This document shows positions 31,793 through 40,715 of a stretch of DNA of 64,000 nt, piece after piece. Each line of letters begins with the position of its first letter. The first letter of the stretch is position 1. The notes beneath the pieces are model-generated. The model saw only the letters and a program-made list of their open reading frames with translations. It ran no database searches and had not been told where the DNA came from. This stretch comes from an uncultured delta proteobacterium. GTDB taxonomy: Bacteria > Myxococcota_A > Polyangia > Polyangiales > Polyangiaceae. Both the position numbers and the translations under genes were made by a program. Location: the NCBI GenBank assembly GCA_963806225.1, contig CAWDXG010000001.1, positions 576,001 through 640,000 of the forward strand. The letters are read 5' to 3'.

Positions 31793-32419
31793 TTGGGCGC
31801 GCTCGCCGGTTCTCTCACCTTCACCCGCTTTTTCGTCCGCGGCGAGCTGCCGACGCGCTTCCGCGACAAGTTCGTCGAGTCCATCCGGCTCCGCACCTTC
31901 GAGCCGCTGACGCCCGAGAGCGAGGACCAGGAACACGTCGGCTGGTGCGCGGTCGGTCGCGTGCTGGACCTGGAGCTCGATCACGAGAAGGTGTTCTACA
32001 ACTCGTACATCAACCTCGGTCTGCGCATGGATCGTTGGCGCGTACCGGGCGCGCTCCTGCGCGCGCACCTGGCGGAGGCCGAGCAGGAGGCGCTCGAGAA
32101 GTCGGGGCGTGACAAGCTGGGCAAGCGCGAGAAGGCGGAGCTGAAGGCACGCATCATCACGCGCCTGCGCAAGAAGCTGATGCCGTCGATGAAGGTCGTG
32201 GACATGAGCTGGAACCTCGACGGCGGCGTGGTGCGCTTCTTCAACCAGTCGCCGCGCGTGCACGAGCAGTTCATGGCGCTGTTCGAGAAGACGTTCTCGC
32301 TCGAGCTCACGGCCGACAGCCCGTACATCTCCGCCGAGCGGCTGGGGCTGCGGGACGCCGAGCTTCACGCGCTGTCCGGCGTCGACGCGAGCACGCTGGG
32401 CGGCAGGAAGCGAGGCTAG
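31793..32419 (+). CDS. RdgC-like recombination-associated protein (N-terminal-like subunit)
   Basis: GSLTFTRFFV, VGW, LRMDRWRVPGALL, EKAELK pattern resembles deltaproteobacterial RdgC-like proteins. Confidence 0.6.
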   Translation: MGALAGSLTFTRFFVRGELPTRFRDKFVESIRLRTFEPLTPESEDQEHVGWCAVGRVLDLELDHEKVFYNSYINLGLRMDRWRVPGALLRAHLAEAEQEALEKSGRDKLGKREKAELKARIITRLRKKLMPSMKVVDMSWNLDGGVVRFFNQSPRVHEQFMALFEKTFSLELTADSPYISAERLGLRDAELHALSGVDASTLGGRKRG

Positions 32420-32421
32420 CG

Positions 32422-33006
32422 ATGGACCTGGTCGAACGCATCGAAGGCACGCGCTTTCTCGGCGGCGAATTCATCGTCTGGCTGTGGTTCAAGAGCGAGC
32501 TGTTCGAAGGCGAGCTCGACGTGCCGGGTTTCGGCAAGGTCGAGCTGTGGCTCGACACGCTCCTGTCTTTCGAGTCACAGCTCGACAAGGCCGAGAAGAC
32601 GACGCTCAAGGGCCTTGCGCCTAGCACCACACCCGAAGCGCGAGAGGCGCTCAAGCAGGGCAAGCTGCCGTCGCGCGCACGCATCAGCGCCCGCCTCGGA
32701 CCGCAGGACTACGCCTGGGTGCTCACCGCCTCCACGTTGGCGATCTCCAGTGCGTCGATCCCCGCGCTTGTCACCGAGAGCGGCGACGAACGCTTCTACG
32801 AGCGCATGCACCTGCTCGAAGAGCTCGATCGGCTGATCGCCGCGCTGTACCAGGAGTTCATCCCGCTCCGGCTCGGCCCGCTCTGGGAGAGCGAGCTGGT
32901 CCCGGCCATCCGCAGCTGGGCCAAGGGTCGTGAAGAGCTCTCCGCACCGGCCTACCGCGGCCTGCTCAAGCGCGCTTCGAAGGGCGTGCGTCGGTCTGGT
33001 CGCTGA
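32422..33006 (+). CDS. RdgC-associated partner protein
   Basis: FLGGEFIVWLWF and EAREALKQGK; 2 bp after the previous gene. Confidence 0.55.
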   Translation: MDLVERIEGTRFLGGEFIVWLWFKSELFEGELDVPGFGKVELWLDTLLSFESQLDKAEKTTLKGLAPSTTPEAREALKQGKLPSRARISARLGPQDYAWVLTASTLAISSASIPALVTESGDERFYERMHLLEELDRLIAALYQEFIPLRLGPLWESELVPAIRSWAKGREELSAPAYRGLLKRASKGVRRSGR

Positions 33007-33066
33007 ATGGGCCCGCCGGCGCGAGGGGTTTGAAGCATTCCCCGAAACGGAATAGGCTGGAACATC

Positions 33067-34053
33067 ATGGCCCTCTTCAAGCAGCGGCTCCGCGCCTGGG
33101 CCCTGGTGGCACTTCCGCTGGCTGTGTGCGCCGCGTCGGCGTGCTCGGGGCAGACCACGGGGGGCACCGCCGCGAACGAAGGCGGACACACTTCGTCGGT
33201 AGGCGGCAGCGGCTCGCATGGCGGTGCGGGTGGCGTCCCCCAGAGCGGCTGGCCCGACGGAGGTCCGGGCGGAGCTGCAGGCAGCGGCGCGAGCGGCCCG
33301 AGCGGTGGGTCCGGCGGGGCTCCTCTGGGCGGAATGGGAGGCGTCGCGGGGCAGGGTGCCGGAGGCAGCGGCGGTTCCGGAGGCACGGGACAGTCGTGGA
33401 TGCTCTATCGCTACGATCTCGGTGCCGGCAGCTGGTCGAAGATCGCACTGTCCAAGGTGTGGACCGGCGCCAACGCACCTCCGCCGTACGGCGTGGTCGC
33501 AGCGACCCAGCTCGAGCACTACGACCGGCTGCTGGTCTTTTCTTCGGCCGGCAAGTTCTATCTCCGCTCCAACGGGATCTGGCAGCCGCCGGTGCAGACC
33601 ACGAAGGCATTCCCCGCGCTGGCGAACCTCTCCGTGACCGGCGTCGATCAGCTGCCCTCTGCACCCGGAGCGACTCCCGACGAGGGGCTCACCTTCGTCG
33701 CCAATCCGACCGCCGTCCTCTACGCCTACCACTCCAACGACGCGATCGTGTACGAGAAGACCGTCACGATGACCGACGATCCTCCCCCTGCTGCGCCGCA
33801 GGGCAGCGGGCACGCGCTCTATTTCTTCGAGCGCCGCGACGCGAACCAGTACGGCACTGCGGGCTACTACTATCTGTATAGCGGCTACGACGACGGGAAC
33901 CTGTACCGGTTCGACGCCGCGTTCACGTGGAAGTCCTGGCCGGCGAAGCAGAGCCCGATGTGGAGCGGCAAGGTTGGCGCGCCCGATCCGTCGACGCTGA
34001 CCGCCGCCTGGACGGAGGCAAAGCTGGGCATCGTGGACTTCGTCGGGCCCTGA
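33067..34053 (+). CDS. Hypothetical lipoprotein with Gly-rich linker
   Basis: Lipobox ASAC; Gly-rich region, then an aromatic-rich domain. Confidence 0.75.
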   Translation: MALFKQRLRAWALVALPLAVCAASACSGQTTGGTAANEGGHTSSVGGSGSHGGAGGVPQSGWPDGGPGGAAGSGASGPSGGSGGAPLGGMGGVAGQGAGGSGGSGGTGQSWMLYRYDLGAGSWSKIALSKVWTGANAPPPYGVVAATQLEHYDRLLVFSSAGKFYLRSNGIWQPPVQTTKAFPALANLSVTGVDQLPSAPGATPDEGLTFVANPTAVLYAYHSNDAIVYEKTVTMTDDPPPAAPQGSGHALYFFERRDANQYGTAGYYYLYSGYDDGNLYRFDAAFTWKSWPAKQSPMWSGKVGAPDPSTLTAAWTEAKLGIVDFVGP

Positions 34054-34163
34054 CTCCAGTCGCCAGCCGCGCCGCGCCAGGCTGTCGGTGTCGCGCCGTC
34101 TCTGTGCGCGCAGCGGCTGCCAGGACCCGCCCGGCAGCTGCTCCCCCTGGATGAACCCGGACG

Positions 34164-34595
34164 CTAGTCGTCCTGGTCGCGCCGCTTGCGCACGGCGGTG
34201 GTCGGATCGCCCGCGGGCGGCGCGATCGACTCGGCCTTGGCGCGCGCTTGCAGCTCTTCGAGGATGCCGTCGAGCAGCACCTCGTCGCGGCGCACGATGG
34301 CCGTCCTGAGCAGGCGGGCGCGTGGATCGTCGGCGGGGAGATCGTCGAGCAGTATCTTCGCGATGCGGAGCTTCTGGTCGATGCGCGACACGCGCTGCTC
34401 GGCCGCACCGGGTTGGCTCGGCATCCTCGGGCGAGGCCGCCCGCCGGACGCACCGCCAGACTGCGCCCCCGCCATGACGCGCTGCTCGGCCTCGACCGGC
34501 TGGTGGCGCGGGCGGATGGATGAGCGCTCGTCTTCAATCTCCGCGTCCGGCACCGGAGCGTCGGGAGGAGGGGTACGGCCGGGGGAGCTGGTCAT
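34164..34595 (-). CDS. Hypothetical protein
   Basis: GC3-rich ORF with an SD-like GAGAG upstream. Confidence 0.6.
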   Translation of the reverse strand: MTSSPGRTPPPDAPVPDAEIEDERSSIRPRHQPVEAEQRVMAGAQSGGASGGRPRPRMPSQPGAAEQRVSRIDQKLRIAKILLDDLPADDPRARLLRTAIVRRDEVLLDGILEELQARAKAESIAPPAGDPTTAVRKRRDQDD

Positions 34596-34986
34596 GGGAC
34601 TCTCGTCTCGCCTGTTGATTGAACAGCACTTCTGCACGAATCATTCCGCGCGCTTCCCTTGAAGACGCGCCAGGTCGGCGACGGATTTGGTCCGCCAACA
34701 ATTCATGCCCGAAAAACCCTGCAATCCCTGCGCGCCAGGACCCGCAGCCGGTCCCGCGGTCCGGACCGCGCTCGGGGCGCAATCCCTGCGCCGACGGAGC
34801 GGCGGGAGCAGGCCGTGACAACCGTGTCGCGGTTCTGGAGCGGCGCGTTCGCATCCTGCGGCGCGTTCCTGCGTCGCGAAATCGCTTTCGCGCAGCGGAA
34901 AATGGGGTTATCGAGCGCCGTTCCGTGGTCTTGTCACAGCCCCCACACGTCCATACAGTCCCTACGGTTCTGGAGAGCAGCACACC

Positions 34987-35592
34987 ATGATGAGGGCCAC
35001 GCCGGATTCGCCTCGCATGTTCGAGAGCGATTTGATCGACTTCTTCTCGCGCACCCATCCGGCGGTGGTGCCCCTCCTGTTTGTGCCCGCCTCGGTGGCC
35101 CTGCTCTGGTACGGCGTGGCACACGCCGGCGAGACGGTGCTGGCGAGCGCGCTGCTCTTCGGCGGCGGCTTCGTGGCCTGGACGCTCACCGAATACTGGT
35201 TGCACCGGCTCTTCTTCCATTGGCAACCGGGCGGCGCGGTGGGCGACCGCATGCACTTCCTCGTGCACGGCGTGCACCACACCTGGCCGCGCGACAAGTA
35301 CCGGCTGGTGATGCCTCCCGCCGTGAGCATCTCGCTGTTCTTCGTGTTCGGCGGAGCCTTCCTGCTGCTCCTCGGGCCGCACGTGGCGCTCCCGTTCCAC
35401 GCCGGGTTCACCATCGGTTACATGGTCTACGACATGACGCACTACTACATCCATCACTTCCGTCCGAAGACGGAGTACGGCCGGCGTCTGAGGAAGCACC
35501 ACATGCTGCACCACTTCAAGGATGACGAGAACCGCTTCGGCGTGTCGTTCATGGTGTGGGATCACGTTTTCGGCACTCGCGGCGAGTCCTGA
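34987..35592 (+). CDS. Fatty acid hydroxylase (FA2H/sterol desaturase family)
   Basis: His boxes EYWLHRLFFH, HGVHH, HYYIHH, HMLHH; RLVMPP. Confidence 0.9.
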   Translation: MMRATPDSPRMFESDLIDFFSRTHPAVVPLLFVPASVALLWYGVAHAGETVLASALLFGGGFVAWTLTEYWLHRLFFHWQPGGAVGDRMHFLVHGVHHTWPRDKYRLVMPPAVSISLFFVFGGAFLLLLGPHVALPFHAGFTIGYMVYDMTHYYIHHFRPKTEYGRRLRKHHMLHHFKDDENRFGVSFMVWDHVFGTRGES

Positions 35593-35672
35593 ATTTCATC
35601 AGCAGAACGGGTGCGCCCAACGCCGCTTTGCGTTAGGTTCCGCGCGCGAGAGCAGCAGGAGGCGACTAGACC

Positions 35673-36053
35673 ATGACCGAAGACGACGACCTCGAGCTCG
35701 AGGACGAAGTGGGCGAAGGCAGGGTACCCGTCGTTCCGGAGGAGCTGGACATCGATCCGTTCCTTCTCGCGCTGCTGCACTGCACCGCGTTCCTCGACTT
35801 CGCCGACGAGGACACGGTCGATCCAGCTGCGGCCAGCGACGTGCTCGAGCACGTCGGCCTGTACATCCAGCGGCTGCCGCCCGACCAGCTCGGCGAGATC
35901 CAGGAACAGCTCGACGCGCTGGAGGATCACGGGCGCTCCGCTGGTTGGCCCGTCGACATCGTCGAGTTCGTGCGCGACTTCCTCTACAACTGCGGTATCG
36001 GCGACGACGAAGAGGACGAGGACGAGGACGAGGTCGAGGAAGCCGACGACTAG
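35673..36053 (+). CDS. Acidic hypothetical protein
   Basis: AGGAGG upstream of ATG; GC3-rich ORF. Confidence 0.75.
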   Translation: MTEDDDLELEDEVGEGRVPVVPEELDIDPFLLALLHCTAFLDFADEDTVDPAAASDVLEHVGLYIQRLPPDQLGEIQEQLDALEDHGRSAGWPVDIVEFVRDFLYNCGIGDDEEDEDEDEVEEADD

Positions 36054-36059
36054 CTTCCG

Positions 36060-36485
36060 TTGACCGTGTTCTCCAAGGCCAGCCGACCCCGCCTCCACCA
36101 CATCGCGCTCGGTGCACGCGACGTGGAAGCCGTCGCTCTGTTCTACCGGGACGTGCTCGGGTTGCCCGAGCTCGCTCGTCACCCGGATGGCGCGGGCGCG
36201 CTGCGCTCCATCTGGCTCGACCTGGGCGGCGCGACCTTGATGGTCGAGCGCAGCGACGAGCCGGCGCGGCGCGTTCAAGGGGTCGGCGCGGGACCGTTCC
36301 TGATCGCCCTCGCCGTCGAGCCGGAAGAGCGCGCCGCGCTGGAGCGCGCGCTGGAAGCGGCCGGCTCGCCCATCGAGGCGCGCAGCGCGTACAGCTCGTA
36401 CGCCCGTGATCCGGAAGGCAACCGCGTCGCGATCAGCCACTATCCGGCGCCCGCCGCGGGTGCATCCGGAGCCGGCCTGCCGTAG
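36060..36485 (+). CDS. VOC/glyoxalase family protein
   Basis: LHHIAL..FYRDVLGL and YARDPEGNRV. Confidence 0.85.
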   Translation: MTVFSKASRPRLHHIALGARDVEAVALFYRDVLGLPELARHPDGAGALRSIWLDLGGATLMVERSDEPARRVQGVGAGPFLIALAVEPEERAALERALEAAGSPIEARSAYSSYARDPEGNRVAISHYPAPAAGASGAGLP

Positions 36486-36494
36486 GATCGCGCC

Positions 36495-37298
36495 ATGGCG
36501 GGAGCGTGCAGGATCGGGACGGGGATGGCGCTGGCTCTGCTGATCCTGGCCGTCGGCTGCGGCGGAAGCACGAGCAACGGCAACGGCAGCGGCGGCGGCG
36601 CGGGAACGGGCGGCGGCGCGGGAACGGGCGGCGGCGCGGGAACGGGCGGCGGCGCGGGAACGGGCGGCGGCGCGGGAACGGGCGGCACGTCCGGCAGCGG
36701 CGGCGCGGGAACGGGCGGCGGCGCGGGAACGGGCGGCGGCGCGGGAACGGGCGGCGGCGCGGGAACGGGCGGCGGCGCGGGAACGGGCGGCACGTCCGGC
36801 AGCGGCGGCGCGGGAACGGGCGGCGGCGCGGGAACGGGCGGCAGCGCGGGAACGGGCGGCAGCGCGGGAGCGGGCGGCAGCGGTGGATCCGGCGGCGGCG
36901 GACTGTCCGCGCACATCACCAAGTCGGACATCTACCTGAACTGCATGCCCGTCGTCGGCGCCGATCCGGTCGGCGGCAGCTTCGCCGTGATGTACGACAA
37001 CCAGAGCGGTACGCAGGCGGCGAGCGCCACTGTTGCGATCGCCCGCTACATCATGAACAAGGGCCAGAACACGCTCACCTGGAGCTTCAGCGTGACGCCG
37101 ACCGGCAGTGGTCAGGTCGCGCCCGGCACTACCAGGTCGGTCACGCACACGAAGACTCCCGGCTCCGGAACTGGACAGGGCGCGCAGACGCCGTGCAGCT
37201 ACTGCGGCGGCACCGGCGAGCTCCAGGTCCAGTGGAAGAGCGGAGGGAAGACGTTCGGCGACGCGCTCCAGCCGGTCAACATCCTCTGCGCGCTGTGA
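36495..37298 (+). CDS. Hypothetical lipoprotein with long (GTGGGA)n linker
   Basis: Lipobox AVGC; tandem 18-bp repeats; Cys-containing C-terminal domain. Confidence 0.8.
   Translation: MAGACRIGTGMALALLILAVGCGGSTSNGNGSGGGAGTGGGAGTGGGAGTGGGAGTGGGAGTGGTSGSGGAGTGGGAGTGGGAGTGGGAGTGGGAGTGGTSGSGGAGTGGGAGTGGSAGTGGSAGAGGSGGSGGGGLSAHITKSDIYLNCMPVVGADPVGGSFAVMYDNQSGTQAASATVAIARYIMNKGQNTLTWSFSVTPTGSGQVAPGTTRSVTHTKTPGSGTGQGAQTPCSYCGGTGELQVQWKSGGKTFGDALQPVNILCAL
36588..36880 (+). repeat. 18-bp tandem repeat array with higher-order duplication
   Basis: gcgggaacgggcggcggc units interrupted twice by acgtccggcagc. Confidence 0.9.
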
Positions 37299-37388
37299 TG
37301 CTCCCGCCGTGGGTCCACGACCGCCGGGCAAGTGAGCCAGACACGTAGGCGCTTGAACCACCGTCGCACCTGCTCCAGGCTCGTCGTC

Positions 37389-37706
37389 ATGCGTCGGGGG
37401 CTGCGCGTGCTCGTGCTCTGGATAGTCGGCATGTCCGTGCTGGTGTGGCTGCCGGTCTACCCGCAGAGCATCTCCGGGCACGAGATTGTCATGGGTGGAG
37501 CGGAGCGGCCCATATCCACGTGGAGCCTCGGGTCGTTACCCGACCTTGCCCAGCGTGTTCAACACGGATGGGTTTCCCCGCTGAACGGAGCGTTCGATCT
37601 GGTCCTGGCGGTGGGGACCGCATCCGCACTGGCCGCGCTGTGCGAGGTCCTGACCACGCTCTTTCTGCGCCGGCGTGCCGGGGGCCGGGCAGACTCACCA
37701 CCATGA
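37389..37706 (+). CDS. Small membrane protein
   Basis: Two hydrophobic segments; ATGA overlap with the next gene. Confidence 0.55.
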   Translation: MRRGLRVLVLWIVGMSVLVWLPVYPQSISGHEIVMGGAERPISTWSLGSLPDLAQRVQHGWVSPLNGAFDLVLAVGTASALAALCEVLTTLFLRRRAGGRADSPP

Positions 37707-38284
37707 CTCTCCGGCTCCAGCATCTGGCCTCGCGACTGGCCACGCCCCGCCTCGAACTGCGCGCCTTCGAGCCACGCGATGCCGCGCGGCTGTTCAAGCT
37801 GGTGGAGGCGAGCCGCGCGCATCTCGAGCCCTGGCTCCATTGGCCCCGGCAGATGACATCCGTGGAGGCGATCGAGTGCTGGGCGGCACGCCCATACGAC
37901 GCCACCGAGGCGTTCCGTCTGGGCATCTATACGAAAGCCGGCGGTGAGCTGGTGGGCGCGGCCGGCCTGCAGGTGCGCAGCATCTCGCCGCCGAGCGCGT
38001 GGAAATGGGTCGACATCAGCTACTGGCTTGGCTCGGCGACTGTCGGCCAGGGCTACGCCACGGAAGCTGCGCGGCGTCTCGCCGTGCATGCCTTCGACGA
38101 TCTCGGCGCGCCGCGCGTCGAGATCCGCACCGAGCGCGACAACGCCGCGAGCGGGCGCGTCGCCGAGCGCCTCGGCTTCCGCCGGGAAGGCGTGCTGCGC
38201 AGCGTCGCCGGGTTCGACGGCCGCGCGATCGATCTCGCCTTCTTCGCGCTCGTCGCGCAGGAGCGCGGAACGCTCGATCTGTAG
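37703..38284 (+). CDS. RimJ/RimL family GNAT acetyltransferase
   Basis: TPRLELR, ISYWLG..GQGYATEA, NAASGRVAERLGF. Confidence 0.9.
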   Translation: MTLRLQHLASRLATPRLELRAFEPRDAARLFKLVEASRAHLEPWLHWPRQMTSVEAIECWAARPYDATEAFRLGIYTKAGGELVGAAGLQVRSISPPSAWKWVDISYWLGSATVGQGYATEAARRLAVHAFDDLGAPRVEIRTERDNAASGRVAERLGFRREGVLRSVAGFDGRAIDLAFFALVAQERGTLDL

Positions 38285-38286
38285 CA

Positions 38287-38310
38287 AAATGGCACACTTT
38301 TGTGGCATTT
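38287..38310. promoter_or_regulatory. AT-rich palindrome, candidate operator
   Basis: AAATGGCACA-cttt-TGTGGCATTT (9/10 complementary). Confidence 0.45.
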
Positions 38311-38352
38311 CGCTACGTTTTCACGCCTGGAGCCGCCCTGTACGTTGTCCGC

Positions 38353-39192
38353 ATGGACAAGCTGGAAACGCTGGAGCTCGAGGTGGGCGAGGGGATCGCG
38401 ACGATCACACTCAGCCGCCCCGATCGGCTGAACGCGTACACGGTCGGGATGGGCGTCGAGCTCTTCCGCACGCTCGGCGAGCTCGATCACGACGATGCGG
38501 TGCGCGCCATCGTCGTCACCGGAGCGGGTCGCGCGTTCTGCGCCGGTGCGGATCTCGCCGAGGGCGGCGACACGTTTGCCGGCGAGCGCACCTGGGAGGA
38601 GGCCGGGCGCTACGAGTCGAAGGTGCGGCCCTGGAACATGCGCACGCCGGTGATCGCCGCCATCAATGGACCCGCCGTCGGTATCGGCGCCACGCTGCCG
38701 CTGCACTGGGACATCCGCATCGCTTCCGAGCGCGCGAGGATCGGCTTCGTGTTCACGCGCCGCGGCATCATTCCCGAAGCGAACAGCACCTGGATCCTGC
38801 CGCGGCTCGTCGGCATGTCGAAGGCGCTGGAGCTGCTGATCAGCGGGCGCATCCTCGATGCCGGTGAAGCCCGCGACTACGGCCTGGTCAGCCGCGTGGT
38901 GGCGCACGATGACCTCATGCCCGCCGTGCGCGAGCTGGCGCTCGACATCGCGAAGAACACCGCGCCCGTCTCGGTGGCCATCACCCGGCGGCTGCTGTGG
39001 CGCCAGCTGCTCCAGCCCGATCCGCTTGCCGGCAAGCTGCTCGAGGACGAGCTGTTCGAGTGGATCGGCAAGCAACCCGATGCGGCCGAGGGCGTGAACG
39101 CCTTCCTCGACAAGCGCGAGCCGCGCTGGAGCATGAGCGCCACCCGCGATCTGCCCGAGTCGATCGCCGACGTGCCCGAGCGGTTGCGCTGA
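38353..39192 (+). CDS. Enoyl-CoA hydratase family protein
   Basis: RPDRLNAY, AFCAGADL, AAINGPAVGIG, RRGIIPE. Confidence 0.9.
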   Translation: MDKLETLELEVGEGIATITLSRPDRLNAYTVGMGVELFRTLGELDHDDAVRAIVVTGAGRAFCAGADLAEGGDTFAGERTWEEAGRYESKVRPWNMRTPVIAAINGPAVGIGATLPLHWDIRIASERARIGFVFTRRGIIPEANSTWILPRLVGMSKALELLISGRILDAGEARDYGLVSRVVAHDDLMPAVRELALDIAKNTAPVSVAITRRLLWRQLLQPDPLAGKLLEDELFEWIGKQPDAAEGVNAFLDKREPRWSMSATRDLPESIADVPERLR

Positions 39193-39215
39193 CCCCGATC
39201 GTTGACCGGCAGGGC

Positions 39216-39701
39216 TCAGGGCGAGCAGTAGCCGAAGCCGGGAAACACGAGCTGGCAGTGGTAGCCGTCGGCGGTGCGGCAGTCGGCGTTCGTCTTGCAC
39301 GGCGCCGTGCACATCGACAGCGTGATGGTCATCTGGCCGCCGGAGCTGCCGGTCTGGGTGCAGCCGCCGCTCGTTCCGCACTCGTTGCCGCCTTCCCCAC
39401 TGCAGGCCTTCGAGCAGTAGCCGCCGGGGAAGGTGATCGTGCCCGTCTGGGCGTTGCCGATGGTCGTGAAGCACTTCGCGTCCGGAGGGTCGCTGCAGTC
39501 GCTGTCCGACTTGCAAGCGTCGCCGACCTTGCCGCCGCCCGCCGACGTGGCGCCGCCGCCGCCGCTGCTCCCGGCGTCGCTGGTTGCGCCGCTGTTCCCT
39601 CCGCTGCCCGGACCGCCGCCGCCGTGGGAGGCCGGGCCCGAAGCACTGCAGGCCAGCGCCGCAAGGGGCGCCGCCAGGATCGCGGTCCAGCGCAGAGACA
39701 T
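39216..39701 (-). CDS. Cys-rich lipoprotein
   Basis: Lipobox ALAC; GDACKSDSDC, GGYCSKAC, CKTNADCR. Confidence 0.8.
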   Translation of the reverse strand: MSLRWTAILAAPLAALACSASGPASHGGGGPGSGGNSGATSDAGSSGGGGATSAGGGKVGDACKSDSDCSDPPDAKCFTTIGNAQTGTITFPGGYCSKACSGEGGNECGTSGGCTQTGSSGGQMTITLSMCTAPCKTNADCRTADGYHCQLVFPGFGYCSP

Positions 39702-39744
39702 CGACCGAACGTTACCCGATCGCGTCCCACGGCGGAAACCACCG

Positions 39745-40569
39745 TCACAGCCCCAGCCATGCGACGGCGTCGGTCATGCGCTTCGTCATGTCGCCGGGGA
39801 AGGTATGGCCGACCTTGCCCAGGCTCATGAAGCGCGCCGGGTAGCCGCGCCGCGACAGACGCCGGGCGGCGGTCGTCATGGGGCCGTGCGTCATGTCGTA
39901 GTCGCCGGCCGCGAACAGCACCCGCTGGACGCCGTGGCGCTTCAGGCGCTTGGCATCCGGGTACACCTTGGCGGCGATCAGGAGCAGCCGCGACCACTCC
40001 CCCGGATCGTTGCGCGCGATGCTGAACGCCGCGTAGGCCCCCTGCGAAAAGCCCATCAGTGTCGCACCGGCCGTGTCGACCTCGCCGGGGCGCGCTTTGT
40101 CGAGCTCGTGGACGGCGCCTTCGACCGTCTTGTTCCGGCGTGCGGCGCTCCACATCGCGCCTCCGCCGCGGCACGCCAGGCTGGCGCGGGGACACACGAG
40201 CCAGGCGTGCGGCGTCACCGCCGGCGCGAGCCAGGGGCACTCGTTCTCGGGCACGTCGCACATGCCGTGCAGCATCACCGCGAGCGGCTGGCGGCCCACG
40301 CGCTCCGGCGGATACACGATCGCCTGTCCGCCCCCGGGCGTCTGCAGCCAGAACGGGGCCGTGTTCCGGCGCCTGGCCGGCGGTGCGGGCTTGGCCGTGT
40401 GCGTCGGGGCGGCCGCGCTGCTGCGCGCCGGCGGCGCGCTCGCTTTCTTTCCCGGAGCGGGACGCGCCTGGGCGCTCTCGCGCGCCGGCATCAGCCACGC
40501 GCCGGCCAGCGCGGCCAGACCCAGCACGATTGGAAGAACACGTTTGCGACCTGACACCGATCCAGACAT
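39745..40569 (-). CDS. Secreted alpha/beta hydrolase
   Basis: LHG, GFSQG, D and GH triad; N-terminal signal peptide. Confidence 0.8.
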   Translation of the reverse strand: MSGSVSGRKRVLPIVLGLAALAGAWLMPARESAQARPAPGKKASAPPARSSAAAPTHTAKPAPPARRRNTAPFWLQTPGGGQAIVYPPERVGRQPLAVMLHGMCDVPENECPWLAPAVTPHAWLVCPRASLACRGGGAMWSAARRNKTVEGAVHELDKARPGEVDTAGATLMGFSQGAYAAFSIARNDPGEWSRLLLIAAKVYPDAKRLKRHGVQRVLFAAGDYDMTHGPMTTAARRLSRRGYPARFMSLGKVGHTFPGDMTKRMTDAVAWLGL

Positions 40570-40715
40570 GGCTCCGCCTCCTGGCCCGCAGCGCGGGCCC
40601 GCTTCCCGGCGCGACGCGGGCTCGAACCGTCGAGCCGGGCGCGCCGTCGCTTCACCTGATCATCGCGGCGGCGGCGCAAGGTGTGACGTGCGGCGCGGCG
40701 GATCCGCCCGCGCGC

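Noticed and set aside
36588..36880. Tandem arrays (also near 6506, 18470, 47215, 54246 and 63725) as CRISPR
   Set aside because: There are no unique spacers; unit lengths are multiples of three and encode in-frame low-complexity linkers.
38290..38306. Sigma54 promoter (TGGCAC)
   Set aside because: GG to GC spacing is 12 nt rather than the required 10.
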